Source: Candidatus Altiarchaeales archaeon
GTDB taxonomy: Archaea; Altiarchaeota; Altiarchaeia; IMC4; SCGC-AAA252-I15
DNA: 62,005 bases
Assembly: GCA_014727915.1 (NCBI GenBank)
Contig: WJMO01000001.1
Coordinates: 1-62,005, forward strand
Reading direction: 5' to 3'
In this document: positions 21,217-31,690 of the stretch, in pieces
Numbering within the stretch: the stretch's first letter is position 1
Layout of the letters: every line of letters begins with the position of its first letter
Program-made: the position numbers and the translations under genes
The notes under the pieces: generated by a model
The model's input: the letters and a program-made list of their open reading frames with translations, nothing else
Told to the model about the DNA's origin: nothing
Database searches by the model: none

Positions 21217-22884
21217 ATGATGCACAAGATAAAAAACAACCTGGGGGTGAAGGTTCTGATGGCGGCTGTCAGCCTCGTGTCCCTGGCCTCGCTAGCCGCT
21301 TTCACGCTCCTATCCAATGTGAAAGCCGCGGCGGCGGCCCTGGTCCTGGTTGCGTTGGCTGTGGCATACGCCAACATCACATACGGGTTCATGCTCCTGG
21401 CCTTCACACTGCCCTTCGCATCACTGCCCCAGCTCCTGGGGAATAACATCGCATACTCGGAGGTCGTTCTGTCCTCGCTGATGCTGGCATACGCTCTTAG
21501 GAACTTCAGGAGGGGAGAGGCAACCGTAAGGCCCAGTCCGCGCAACCTGCCTGTGCTGTTGTTCCTCCTATTGACGCTGGCGGCCGCGGGCAAGACTTTC
21601 ATGTCCGTGGGACTTCCCCCATACGCCGGAGCTGTGAACTCATCCTCCCCCTACTTCACATACCGGACAGCCCATATGACCGTGGAGTTCGCAGTAGCCT
21701 ACTTCCTTTTCGCGAACGCCTTCGACAGAAGGCATCTCAAGAGTTTTGCTCATGCGCTGCTCGCGGGAGCAGTGGCGGCATCGTCCTATTCAGTCTACCA
21801 GTTCCTGTTCATGGGAGCCTACAGGCCGAGCTCCCTCTACGGTCCCGAGTCCGCGAACATGATGGCGATGTACCTTGTGCTGGTAGCGCCCGTGGCAGTA
21901 ACATACCATATAACGGAGAAGAAGGGGTTGTTAAGGTGGGTGCTGCCCCTCACAGTGGGTGCGGGTCTGATATTGACATTCTCTAGGGGAGGGTACATCG
22001 GCTTCGCAGCCTCGGCTGTGCTCATGGCCTACGCGGAGAGGAGTAAGCTGAAAGAGCATAAGAGGGCTTTGGCTGCGGCAGCGGCGGTTCTGCTGGCTTT
22101 GGCTGCTGGGACGTTAGCCCTTGTCTCATTGGAGTATGGTAGAGCCTACAGGGAATCCGCCCTCTGCCCGGGGCCGGATTCCTGGGAACGTCATGTGTTC
22201 ACATGGGAGGGACCCCATGCACTCGTCATCTGGGCTGAGGACGGGCCACTGCATGTGAGCGTGTTAAGGGGCTCCAACAAGCAGGCTACGGTGACAGGCC
22301 AGTCAGGGGTCAGGACATGCGGGGCGGACTGTGTGGTCGACGCGGGAGAGAGGTTCGATGCATGGTTCAACACCTCCATCACACTGTCCTTGAAGGGTGG
22401 GGGAGGCGGTTGCACCCGGGCGAAAATACTATTGGAGGACAAGAACGCGGAAGGCCTGGTTTTGGACCTCTACGCTGCCCGAAGGCTGATGTCTCGTCTG
22501 AGAGACCCCTACGCGGTGAGATATAGGGCCGGGCTCTGGAAGACCGGGGTGGCCCGGGCTTTTGAGGGGCCATTTTTGGGTTTTGGCTTCGCTCAGTTCC
22601 GGATTGGCGAGAAGTCCTTCGAGCACAGCCACAACCTGTTCATACAGTTGGCTGCGGAACGGGGAATACCCTGCCTCATATCCTTCCTTTGGTTGGTCTC
22701 AGCCTTCATGAGAGGCGTTTTAGGGCGGCGGGGTTATCTGCTGGCCTTCTCAGCGGGAGTTGCGGGACTCCTGGTGCACGGACTAGCAGACTATGTCTTC
22801 TACCCCGTGTCGGCTGGGATGCTCTTCTTCGCCTACATGGCACTGTCAGAGGATGAGAGGAGGGTCAGCGGAGGTCGTAGATGA
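21217..22884 (+). CDS. O-antigen ligase (WaaL/Wzy_C)-family membrane protein with inserted soluble domain
   Basis: TFSRGGY, R..LW, PFLGFG, HSHNLFIQLAAERG, HGLADY. Confidence 0.85.
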   Translation: MMHKIKNNLGVKVLMAAVSLVSLASLAAFTLLSNVKAAAAALVLVALAVAYANITYGFMLLAFTLPFASLPQLLGNNIAYSEVVLSSLMLAYALRNFRRGEATVRPSPRNLPVLLFLLLTLAAAGKTFMSVGLPPYAGAVNSSSPYFTYRTAHMTVEFAVAYFLFANAFDRRHLKSFAHALLAGAVAASSYSVYQFLFMGAYRPSSLYGPESANMMAMYLVLVAPVAVTYHITEKKGLLRWVLPLTVGAGLILTFSRGGYIGFAASAVLMAYAERSKLKEHKRALAAAAAVLLALAAGTLALVSLEYGRAYRESALCPGPDSWERHVFTWEGPHALVIWAEDGPLHVSVLRGSNKQATVTGQSGVRTCGADCVVDAGERFDAWFNTSITLSLKGGGGGCTRAKILLEDKNAEGLVLDLYAARRLMSRLRDPYAVRYRAGLWKTGVARAFEGPFLGFGFAQFRIGEKSFEHSHNLFIQLAAERGIPCLISFLWLVSAFMRGVLGRRGYLLAFSAGVAGLLVHGLADYVFYPVSAGMLFFAYMALSEDERRVSGGRR

Positions 22885-24358
22885 ACCTATCGTCTGAGTA
22901 GACTTCTCTGAAACCGTCGCATGCGATCTTCTCTTCGCTGTAGACATATCTTGTCTTGTAACGGTTGGCTATCTCCTCTTTCACTGTGCAGTTTGAAGCG
23001 TAGAATTCCCTGACGTCCCCGCGTGACCTCTCGTTGCCTATGAATACGAGGGTCGCCGGAACGCTCTTGTCTGCGATGGCGTGGACGGCTATGGCATGCT
23101 TCAAATCCGCGATCGCAGGACCGTAGGGCATCTTCCTGAGGAACCCCAGCGCCTCAACGTCCGAGTCGTCAACCAGCTTGTACAATCCAAGTCCTGGCGG
23201 ATGAGAGCCATATCCGTAGAGGGCCGAGAACATGATCAATAACGCAGCCAGAGTGGGAGTCACCCTGTCACCGTCCAGCTTAGCTGACAGGAATCTTATC
23301 ACCCGGGAGGAGCCAACACCCGCCAGGGGAGCCAACGCCATCAGACAGTAGTAGATCATGCGCTGGTAGGGAATCAGGGGGGATATCTTGAAGTTTACGA
23401 AGAGGAACATAATGGACGCGGAGTAGAAAACCCATGCGACAAAGAACGTCCTGCCCTCTCTGATGTGATGGTATATGCCCGTTAGGGCCAGTATGGATGG
23501 AGCCAAGCCAAACAGCAGGGGCAGGAAATAGGGGGAGAGGGAAAGATTGTGGTCGAGTAGGAAGTATGTGTGGGCGTTGGTGGTAGCTGACGGCTCCAGG
23601 GCAGTCCATCCGGAGGTGAAGACAAGCTTGGACAGGAACCAGCCAACGTCCCTGCCCAGTAGGAACATGAAAGAAAAGGCTGCGAAGCCCATGAGAAGGA
23701 AGACCAGCACCACATAGATGCGATGCTGAGCCAGCGAGGTTCGGGCGCCAGCGTCCATGAGAACATGCAAAGCCGAGACTATGAGCACGAGGAAGGCTGA
23801 AACCGGATGGGAGAGCAAGAGCATGAGCAACAGTATGCAATATACCAGCAGGCTTCTTCCCTCCGAGTCCATGACACCCCTGAGGAAGAAGTAGAGGGAA
23901 AGGTATATGAGGGGTATGGCGAAAGTCAGGGGGGTCGCGAACCACAAGCCCAGCAGGTTAACGTTGGTGGGCAGGGTTGAGAAGAACACCAGGGAGAACA
24001 GGGATGACATACGGTCGCCTGTGACCCTGTATGAGAGCAGGTATAGGGCTGCAGCCCCTGCGACCGCGAACAAAACCGGCAGGAACCTGTAATCGGACAC
24101 CAGGTCAAAACCAAGACCTTCCAATGACAGCAGGAAAGCGTGGTAGCCTATCTCAAATCCTGCGAGAGACCAGAAACCATACCTGCCGGCAGCCAGGTTG
24201 TTGGCCTCCCCGATGTGATGCCATTCGTCCACGTGAAGGGGATACCGGTAATCCATGTGGGGAGTGTGCGCGAGCAGGGCGGTCGACAGCAGCAGCAACA
24301 CGAGGAACGCACGCCAGTGGCGTGATGCACAGCCTTCGAGACCGGGTATTTCGACCAT
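22865..24358 (-). CDS. GT-C-like polytopic membrane protein
   Basis: PLHVDEWHH acidic first-loop motif, many TM segments, soluble C-terminal domain. Confidence 0.7.
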   Translation of the reverse strand: MVEIPGLEGCASRHWRAFLVLLLLSTALLAHTPHMDYRYPLHVDEWHHIGEANNLAAGRYGFWSLAGFEIGYHAFLLSLEGLGFDLVSDYRFLPVLFAVAGAAALYLLSYRVTGDRMSSLFSLVFFSTLPTNVNLLGLWFATPLTFAIPLIYLSLYFFLRGVMDSEGRSLLVYCILLLMLLLSHPVSAFLVLIVSALHVLMDAGARTSLAQHRIYVVLVFLLMGFAAFSFMFLLGRDVGWFLSKLVFTSGWTALEPSATTNAHTYFLLDHNLSLSPYFLPLLFGLAPSILALTGIYHHIREGRTFFVAWVFYSASIMFLFVNFKISPLIPYQRMIYYCLMALAPLAGVGSSRVIRFLSAKLDGDRVTPTLAALLIMFSALYGYGSHPPGLGLYKLVDDSDVEALGFLRKMPYGPAIADLKHAIAVHAIADKSVPATLVFIGNERSRGDVREFYASNCTVKEEIANRYKTRYVYSEEKIACDGFREVYSDDRFIYDLR

Positions 24359-24389
24359 TTTATTTTTTATGAAAAGCAGATATATTAAA

Positions 24390-25538
24390 ATGGGATTTTC
24401 AGAGGCTATAAAGGGCCGGATACCCTATGAAGTGAGGTATGTCCTGGTTCTCTTCCTCGTTACGAGGCTATTGCTCTTGGGCATAGGAATCTACTCCCAC
24501 ATACAGCTAGCCCCATACCACTACCACGCCTACGTGTGGAGGTACTCTGAGAACATGATATTGGACATGTGGGGTGTCTGGGACACCGGCTGGTACCTGA
24601 ACATCGCAGAGCATGGGTATACGAAGGAGCTGATACCAGACTACCCCAAGATGATAGGGGCAGACCAGCGTAACTACGCATTCTTCCCCCTCTACCCATA
24701 CCTGATGAAAGCCGTCTCGATCATAACAGGCGACGCTTTCGTATCCGGTCTGATAGTTTCAAACGCTGCTTTCATCGCGTCAGCAGTCCTGCTCTACAGG
24801 CTTGTCAGAATAGACTATGGAGAGTCGATGGGTTTGAGGAGCGTGAAGTACATGTTCCTATTCCCCGTCGCCTTCATATTCTCGGGCGTTCTGAGCGAGT
24901 CCCTGTACCTTCTGCTGGCAGTCGCGGCATTCTACCATGCGAAGAAGGGGAATTGGATGATGGCAGGGTTGACTGGGTTCCTACTGTCTCTGACACGCTC
25001 CCTGGGAGCGCTCATAATAGTGCCCCTGGTCGCGGAGTACCTCGGCAGAGGGGACTACAAGCGGGGAGAGGCCAAACAGGACGCCTACTACCTAGCCCTA
25101 ATACCATGTGGTCTGATGCTGTTCATGGCATTCAACCATTACCTGACAGGGGACTTCCTCGCGTTCAAGCACATACAGGCAGCCTGGGGGAGGCATCTTA
25201 TGAACCCATTGGGGCAGCTGGTATTTGGCACTGTGATACAGAGGACCAACGCTTTGTTCGCAAGCTACTTCGCAGTCATATCTTTGATACTCTTCATAAG
25301 CTACAAGCGGGAAATCGGACTACCCTATACACTATTCGGCCTGTACTCCATTCTCATACCATTGACCATGGGTTTCATGAGCATGCCCCGTTTCACCCTC
25401 GTACTTTTCCCGCTGTATATCATAATGGCGAGGATAGGCGAGAACAGCAGATACGACCAGGTGCTGACGTTTTCCTCTGCGATGCTGCAGGGGTTCCTGA
25501 TGGTCCTATGGTCCAACGGCTTCACGCTGGTGATTTAA
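24390..25538 (+). CDS. GT-C mannosyltransferase (PIG-V-like)
   Basis: WDTGWYLNIAEHGY, AFFPLYP, SESLY; start moved to ATG 24390. Confidence 0.85.
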   Translation: MGFSEAIKGRIPYEVRYVLVLFLVTRLLLLGIGIYSHIQLAPYHYHAYVWRYSENMILDMWGVWDTGWYLNIAEHGYTKELIPDYPKMIGADQRNYAFFPLYPYLMKAVSIITGDAFVSGLIVSNAAFIASAVLLYRLVRIDYGESMGLRSVKYMFLFPVAFIFSGVLSESLYLLLAVAAFYHAKKGNWMMAGLTGFLLSLTRSLGALIIVPLVAEYLGRGDYKRGEAKQDAYYLALIPCGLMLFMAFNHYLTGDFLAFKHIQAAWGRHLMNPLGQLVFGTVIQRTNALFASYFAVISLILFISYKREIGLPYTLFGLYSILIPLTMGFMSMPRFTLVLFPLYIIMARIGENSRYDQVLTFSSAMLQGFLMVLWSNGFTLVI

Positions 25539-25565
25539 TACCCGGACCTCGTATAAGAACCTATC

Positions 25566-26660
25566 ATGAAGGTCTCTGTGATACTTCCCTGCAGGAACGA
25601 GGAAGCCGCATTGGGAGAGTGCATAGACGAGATAAGGGAGGCCCTGGAGGGAAGTGATTATGAGATAATCGTCTCGGACTCGTCAACGGACCGCAGCCCG
25701 GAGATCGCGAGGGAGAAGAGCGCCAAGGTGGTCAAGCACGACCTTCCAGGGTATGGGAGGGCATACCTTGAAGGGTTCAAAGAGGCTGCCGGCGACTATT
25801 TCATGCTCGGGGACGCCGACGGGACATATGACTTCAAGGAGATTCCAGAATTTCTCAAAGCCTTGGATGGAGGGTTCGACCTCGTCATCGGAGACAGGTT
25901 CCGCGGTCGCATACACGAGGGGGCGATGCCATGGCACCACCGCCACATAGGCAACCCCCTGCTCTCATGGATTTTCAGACTGTTCTTCAACGCAGACGTG
26001 CACGACACCCACTGCGGGCTGAGAGCGGTTAGGAGGGACGCACTTGAAGGCATGGAGTTGAAGACGACCGGGATGGAGTTCGCGTCGGAGATGCTCATCA
26101 AAGCAACGGAAAAAGGCCTGAGGATAGGGGAGATACCCATCGAATACCATGTCAGGAAGGGGGAGTCCAAGCTAAGGTCTTTCTCGGACGGGTGGAGGCA
26201 CCTGCGGTTCATGCTCATGTACGCCCCGGACAGGATATTCCTCGCTCCCGGAGCTGCCCTGCTGGCATTGGGTTTGGCGGCTATATCATATTCTATCCTG
26301 GGATACGCCGGGGACGGAATAAGCCCCTCAGTGGTAGCGGGGATGGTCTCCTCCCTGCTGGGCTATCAGGTGCTGAGCCTGGGACTCTACTCCAAGACTT
26401 ACATGAAATCAGCAGGCTACATAGGAGGCGACAGGGTGTTGGAGGAGATCGCGAAACGTGTCAGGTTCGAGACCGGCGTTGTGTTGGGGTTTCTTATGGG
26501 GGCTGGAGGCGTCTCACTGGGGCTGTCGGCAATGTCAGGCTACTTCGGAGGTAACACGGGCAACGTCATACTGGCCTCGGCTACCATAGCATTGATGGGG
26601 GCGCAGACAGTGTTCAACTCGTTCTACCTGAGCAGCCTGCTCGTAGAGAAGAGAGGCTAG
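25566..26660 (+). CDS. GT2 glycosyltransferase with C-terminal TM domain
   Basis: ILPCRNEE, GDADGTY, GMEFASEM, ESKLRSFSDGWRHL. Confidence 0.9.
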   Translation: MKVSVILPCRNEEAALGECIDEIREALEGSDYEIIVSDSSTDRSPEIAREKSAKVVKHDLPGYGRAYLEGFKEAAGDYFMLGDADGTYDFKEIPEFLKALDGGFDLVIGDRFRGRIHEGAMPWHHRHIGNPLLSWIFRLFFNADVHDTHCGLRAVRRDALEGMELKTTGMEFASEMLIKATEKGLRIGEIPIEYHVRKGESKLRSFSDGWRHLRFMLMYAPDRIFLAPGAALLALGLAAISYSILGYAGDGISPSVVAGMVSSLLGYQVLSLGLYSKTYMKSAGYIGGDRVLEEIAKRVRFETGVVLGFLMGAGGVSLGLSAMSGYFGGNTGNVILASATIALMGAQTVFNSFYLSSLLVEKRG

Positions 26661-27322
26661 TAGTCGCAGATGGACGTCTGCCTGCTCCTGTCCAACGTGT
26701 TCCAGCTCCGCCTCACACACTCGGGCACCTCCCCGGAACATATGACATCCCTTATGAACGCCTGGGTGAGCTCGTCGCTCGGGTACCCGGAGCCGAAGTC
26801 CCCGTATGTGAGCTTCAACTCCTCGATGCAACGGTCCCGGTCAACCTTCGCAAGAACCGAGGCGGCGGACACCTCCAGGTGGTTGTCGTCGGCCTTGTGC
26901 TCGCTCAAGACCTCGGGTAGTATGTACTCGGGGTTCAGCGACTGCACAGATGAGGCGAACTTGCGGGCATAGTTCTCAGCCACCGCGTCGGCGCTGTCGA
27001 TGATGATCTTAGAGGGCGTGTTCTCTAGGGAGAGTATCATCTCCGCGGTCTTGTAGGCTTCGATGACGTTCAAGCTCATGTTCCTCCTGAGCCGGTCTAT
27101 GTCCACGGGGGACACTCGAACCACCTTCCACTCGACGGCGACCTCCTTTATCAACGGCTCGAGGTGCACGCGCCTGGACTGCGAGAGCTTCTTGCTGTCA
27201 CGCACCTTCAGGTCCCGGAGCATGGCCTTGCCCTCCGCGTCGAAGACAGCGCAACCCAAAACTAGAGGCCCGACTACCGGCCCCCTGCCGGCCTCGTCAA
27301 CCCCGCAAACAAGAGATTCCAT
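26657..27322 (-). CDS. rnhB: Ribonuclease HII
   Basis: GVDEAGRGPVVGP, DSKKL, EHKAD, SAASVLAKV, GSGYPSD; PIP-like QTSICDY tail. Confidence 0.96.
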   Translation of the reverse strand: MESLVCGVDEAGRGPVVGPLVLGCAVFDAEGKAMLRDLKVRDSKKLSQSRRVHLEPLIKEVAVEWKVVRVSPVDIDRLRRNMSLNVIEAYKTAEMILSLENTPSKIIIDSADAVAENYARKFASSVQSLNPEYILPEVLSEHKADDNHLEVSAASVLAKVDRDRCIEELKLTYGDFGSGYPSDELTQAFIRDVICSGEVPECVRRSWNTLDRSRQTSICDY

Positions 27323-27324
27323 TA

Positions 27325-28548
27325 TTACCTTGCCTTCCTCATCCTCCGCCTGGCGCTCGGGGGCAGTACGACCTTCCGCCTGCTGCTCATCGACGGCCTG
27401 CGCATGGCAGAGTAGACGTACACCAACAATACGAGAGCCACGACGAACAGCAGAGCCAGCCCGAATATGAAGTAGCTGCTGGTGGACTTCCTATTCTCCG
27501 AATCCTCCGTCTTGTTCACGGACGCGAGCATGTCATCCAATAGGGTGTCTATCTCGTCCATGGACTCGTCGATCTCCGGGGGCAGGGTGGTCGAAGTGGG
27601 AGGAGCCAAGGTGGTGGAGGCACCCTGGGCGAGGGTGGTGTGGGTGGAGGCGGCCGTCGAAGGAGGCACCGCCAACGTTGTGGAAGGAGGAGTGGTCGTG
27701 GTGGGTGCTAGCGTGGTCGAAGGCGGCAGGGTCGTTGAAGTGGTGGACTGCAACGTGGTTGAGGTCGTGGTCAGAGTAGTTGAAGTCGTTGTGACAGTGG
27801 ACTGGGTGGTTGAGGTAGAGGGCAGTAGCACGGGGTTGCGGATGTAGGAGGCCTCAAGGGACAGGTTGTTCATCACAGCATCGTACTCGTCAGCCTCTGA
27901 GACGATGAACGTGACATGCTGTTGAACCTGCCTTTTCACACCCGCCATCTGCTTCAAGTAGCTGAAGACGCATGTCTTCTTCACCTCCCACCCTGAATCT
28001 CCGGCCAGGACCTTCTCGTCTATCGCCTCGTCGAAGGAGCCGCCCTGGCAGAGCTGGAGGTGGCTCACACGAAGTAGGGGGAAGTATGAGCTGGCATGGT
28101 AGAACGATCCGGTGCAGAACGCGCGCACCTGGGTGCACATGCTCTCAGACCCCTTGGCTATCCCATACCACATCTGCGCCTGCTCCCCCGCAGGGTTTCC
28201 CTCGCCGCTGCATATCCACTCGTTGTTGGTCCTCACCCACGCCAGGGGGCAGTCGTCGTAGTTGTAGTGGTTCTCCACGTCGTTGAACACTACCAGGGGG
28301 GCTGTGGAAGGGTCGACTTCGACGCCCGCTGCAATGGCGTTAAGGCAGTCAGCCCCCGCTGATTCCCCCAATACCTTCTTGACCTCGTTGCAGTATGCGA
28401 CCTGGTCGCTCAGGCAGGAGAGTGCCTGCTGGCCCCACACCTTCGAAACAGAATCCCTGCAGAACTGCCTGTGAGCCTCGGGCCCCCACGCCAACGCGTT
28501 GGAAGCGCACAACAGTAATATGGATAATAGGAGCCCCAACTGTCTCAT
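27325..28548 (-). CDS. Secreted, C-terminally anchored Cys-rich protein; phospholipase C/S1-P1-like N-terminus and Thr-rich linker
   Basis: Signal peptide then WGPEAH, long Thr/Ser/Pro linker, TM helix, basic tail. Confidence 0.7.
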   Translation of the reverse strand: MRQLGLLLSILLLCASNALAWGPEAHRQFCRDSVSKVWGQQALSCLSDQVAYCNEVKKVLGESAGADCLNAIAAGVEVDPSTAPLVVFNDVENHYNYDDCPLAWVRTNNEWICSGEGNPAGEQAQMWYGIAKGSESMCTQVRAFCTGSFYHASSYFPLLRVSHLQLCQGGSFDEAIDEKVLAGDSGWEVKKTCVFSYLKQMAGVKRQVQQHVTFIVSEADEYDAVMNNLSLEASYIRNPVLLPSTSTTQSTVTTTSTTLTTTSTTLQSTTSTTLPPSTTLAPTTTTPPSTTLAVPPSTAASTHTTLAQGASTTLAPPTSTTLPPEIDESMDEIDTLLDDMLASVNKTEDSENRKSTSSYFIFGLALLFVVALVLLVYVYSAMRRPSMSSRRKVVLPPSARRRMRKAR

Positions 28549-28581
28549 AGTAAGATATTAAAACCATGGGTAATATAAAGT

Positions 28582-29460
28582 CTAGGATATTATCTTGTTC
28601 AGACTGTACTCGATTATACCTTCCGCGCCCTTTTTCTTCAGTTCAGGTATTATCTCGCGCACGACCCGCTCGTCCACGACCGTCTCGATCGCCACCCAGT
28701 CACAGTCGCTCAAAGAGGATATAGTGGGCTTGTTCAATGCAGGCAGTATCTTCAGCACATCGTCCAGTTTCTTGCAGGGGACGTTCATCTTAAGGCCTAC
28801 CTTCTCCTCGGCCGCCAGCGCGCCCTCGAGCAACATGACGATCTCCCGTATCTTCTCCTTCTTCCCCTTGTCGGCCCACGACTTCTTGTTGGCTATGAGC
28901 TTGGTGTTGGACTCCATTAGGGTGTCGATGATCTTCAGCTTGTTGGCCCGAAGTGAACTCCCCGTCTCCGTCACCTCTACGATCGCGTCCGCGAGAAGCG
29001 GCGGCTTCACTTCGGTGGCTCCCCAGCTGAACTCCACATCAGCCTTCACGCCATTCTTCCTAAGATACTTTTTGGTTATGTTGACCACCTCGGTGGCGAC
29101 TCTCTTGCCCTCAAGGTCTTTCACGGATTTTATCTTACCGTTCTCGGGCGCGGCCAGCACCCACCGGACCGGGCGCATGGACTCCTTGCTGTAGATGAGG
29201 TCCGCGACGTCCACCACCTTAGCGTTGTTCTCCTCGATCCAGTCCGCGCCCGTCAACCCAGCGTCCAAGACGCCCTGCTCCACGTAGCGCGCGATCTCCT
29301 GAGCCCTCATGAGTATGGGCTGTATCTCCTCGTCGTCGATTTCAGGGTAGTAGCTCCTGCTACGCGCCCTTATCCTGAAACCGGCCTTCTCGAACAGCTT
29401 GAAGGTGGTCTCCTGTAGACTGCCCTTAGGCAACCCCAACACTATCTTCCTGGAAGCCAT
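28582..29460 (-). CDS. hisG: ATP phosphoribosyltransferase (long form)
   Basis: [36 protein letters not shown]-terminal regulatory domain. Confidence 0.96.
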   Translation of the reverse strand: MASRKIVLGLPKGSLQETTFKLFEKAGFRIRARSRSYYPEIDDEEIQPILMRAQEIARYVEQGVLDAGLTGADWIEENNAKVVDVADLIYSKESMRPVRWVLAAPENGKIKSVKDLEGKRVATEVVNITKKYLRKNGVKADVEFSWGATEVKPPLLADAIVEVTETGSSLRANKLKIIDTLMESNTKLIANKKSWADKGKKEKIREIVMLLEGALAAEEKVGLKMNVPCKKLDDVLKILPALNKPTISSLSDCDWVAIETVVDERVVREIIPELKKKGAEGIIEYSLNKIIS

Positions 29461-29599
29461 CTTCGGATGTAGAATATTGGGCGTCAAATTAAAAATAGAC
29501 ATGCATCCATAGTAGTAGCTTAATAATCCTGAGATTTAAGGGAAATGATAGTTTCATGATTTGGTGAGCGGCATGGGTTCGAACGGATGGCGTAAGAAT

Positions 29600-30343
29600 A
29601 TGAAGAATCTTTTGAAAGTCGGTTTCGGAGACGTCATACGGGCCTACGCAGAGGAAGCCGACGACTTCTTCTTTGTGGAAGTGGGCGCATATGATGGGAT
29701 AAAGGGAGACTGCACCCACAGATACATAAGAGAGTATGGATGGCGTGGCATAATGGTCGAGGCGTCGGCGCGGAACTTTGAGAAGCTGAAGGAGAACTAT
29801 GAGAAAGACGACAGGATAATACTCGAGAACGCCGCCATATCGGACAGGACAGGGACCTGCAAACTGTATCGTCTCGAGAGGGACAGCGAATCATACGGTT
29901 TGAACTATTCGATGCTCGGGTCGGTAGAATATGGATTCGCGCTGAAGCTAAAGTCCCTCCCCGAGAACAGGGAATACAACATAACAACCGAGGAGGTCAA
30001 CTGCATGACACTCGACGACCTGCTGCGCAAGCACGACGTGAAAAAGATAGATCTGCTGCAGATAGACATCGAAGGGCACGATTACGCCGTGATAAATTCA
30101 ATAGACTTCAAAACCGTGAAACCCAACATAATATACTATGAGAGCGAGCACATGAGACCCGACGAACATGCCGACTGCATCAGGATGCTGGAGGAGAACG
30201 GCTACACCGTCAGGCAGACTGACTTATGCAACTGCATCGCCGTCTTGCACCCAGAGAGGCTCAGACCGTGGAACATACTCAAAGCGAGGATCAAATGCCT
30301 TATCAGAAGGGTTCGTGAACGAATATGGGGGGGCGAGGGATAG
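29600..30343 (+). CDS. FkbM-family methyltransferase
   Basis: FVEVGAYDG, ENAAIS, IDLLQIDIEGHD. Confidence 0.88.
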   Translation: MKNLLKVGFGDVIRAYAEEADDFFFVEVGAYDGIKGDCTHRYIREYGWRGIMVEASARNFEKLKENYEKDDRIILENAAISDRTGTCKLYRLERDSESYGLNYSMLGSVEYGFALKLKSLPENREYNITTEEVNCMTLDDLLRKHDVKKIDLLQIDIEGHDYAVINSIDFKTVKPNIIYYESEHMRPDEHADCIRMLEENGYTVRQTDLCNCIAVLHPERLRPWNILKARIKCLIRRVRERIWGGEG

Positions 30344-30410
30344 GTTGTGAGGGGCATTCCAGCAATGGCATCCCATGGTTTTTATACTGATTTAATCCTA
30401 TTCTGTGTCT

Positions 30411-31676
30411 ATGGGTTTCCTGGACATGCTGTTCGGCGGCGGCGATGACAGCCCCGAAGAGGCGGAGTTGGAGTTCAGCGAGGTCAAGGGCTGGTTAGAC
30501 GGATGGTTCGAACGGTTCAACAGGGAGAAGGTCAAAAAAGCCAGGCCTGTGGTAGAGGAGGTGGACAGGATAATCTCAGGGCTGGAGAGGGACGTCCAAC
30601 ACCTTGGTTCGTTGAAGGTCGCTAAGAACGTGGACAAGCGGTTCGCGAAGGTGGTGCGCACCAACAAGCCCGCGTACGTGGAGGGGATGTCTAGGATCGT
30701 GAAAGCGTTGAAGGACGGCCTCGACGATAGCGACCTCCGCTCATACTCTGACGTGCTTGAGGAGAATCTCGAATCGATAGCGAAGGTCAACGTGGGAGAC
30801 GGGAGATATCTTGGAGCTGTCTACCCGGAGGAGCTGCAGAAGATACAGACAAAGTGCAAGCAGCTGCTGGACAGCAGAGACATGTTGAAAGAGATAATGG
30901 AGCCCGGAGAGGACGAGAAGGAGCTGATAGCGGTGCGGGAGGAATACGAGGGTCTGAGTGAGGACCTCGAAGGCCTGGATGGTTTGAGGAAAAGCCTTGA
31001 GGATTCGGAGAACCATCTCAGAGAGGAGACCGCGCATGTTGGGGAAATGAGAGAAAGACTTGAAGAGGTGGTTGAACGGCTCGGCACAGGGGAGGTGAAG
31101 GCTTTGCGGGACGGTCTAGGATCCGCTGAAAAGGGCCTGAAGGGCGTGGAGTCGCTGATACACTCTAGCATAGCAGGGCTCGCCAGGGGTTTGAGGAAGT
31201 TCAGCAGGCACTCGCTGCCCGACTCCAAGCTCGTGGAGAGGATACTGGAGGATTCGGTTGAAGGTTTCCTCGAATCGGATATCGTGGAATTCCAGGATAT
31301 GCTTGGGAGGTTCGAGACCTCGGTGGATGAGGGCAAGGTAAGGCTGAAGGACCGGGAGAAGGTGTTGGCGAGGATAAAGGGAGTGAGGGAAACGCTTACA
31401 GCCGATGTGAAGGAGCAGCATGCGAAGCTCAACGCGGAAGTCCGCGAGATGAGGTCTCGCCTGGACGCTGTTGACGCCTTCAAGGAGGAGCGGACCCTCA
31501 GAGAGAAGATCAAGTCGGGAGAATCCAGGATGGAGGGTTTTGAGGAGGAGATAGGCAGGTTAGGAGGGGAAGCGGAAGGTAAGGCAGAGGATGTCAAGGA
31601 GAGGATGGCCTCGTTCGCCGAAGAGCTGAGAGAACACAATGTTACAATAATTTATAGAGATGATAAAAAAACCTAA
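30411..31676 (+). CDS. Coiled-coil hypothetical protein
   Basis: MGFLDMLFG start; Glu/Lys/Arg-rich heptads throughout. Confidence 0.75.
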   Translation: MGFLDMLFGGGDDSPEEAELEFSEVKGWLDGWFERFNREKVKKARPVVEEVDRIISGLERDVQHLGSLKVAKNVDKRFAKVVRTNKPAYVEGMSRIVKALKDGLDDSDLRSYSDVLEENLESIAKVNVGDGRYLGAVYPEELQKIQTKCKQLLDSRDMLKEIMEPGEDEKELIAVREEYEGLSEDLEGLDGLRKSLEDSENHLREETAHVGEMRERLEEVVERLGTGEVKALRDGLGSAEKGLKGVESLIHSSIAGLARGLRKFSRHSLPDSKLVERILEDSVEGFLESDIVEFQDMLGRFETSVDEGKVRLKDREKVLARIKGVRETLTADVKEQHAKLNAEVREMRSRLDAVDAFKEERTLREKIKSGESRMEGFEEEIGRLGGEAEGKAEDVKERMASFAEELREHNVTIIYRDDKKT

Positions 31677-31690
31677 ATTATTTTAAAAAA

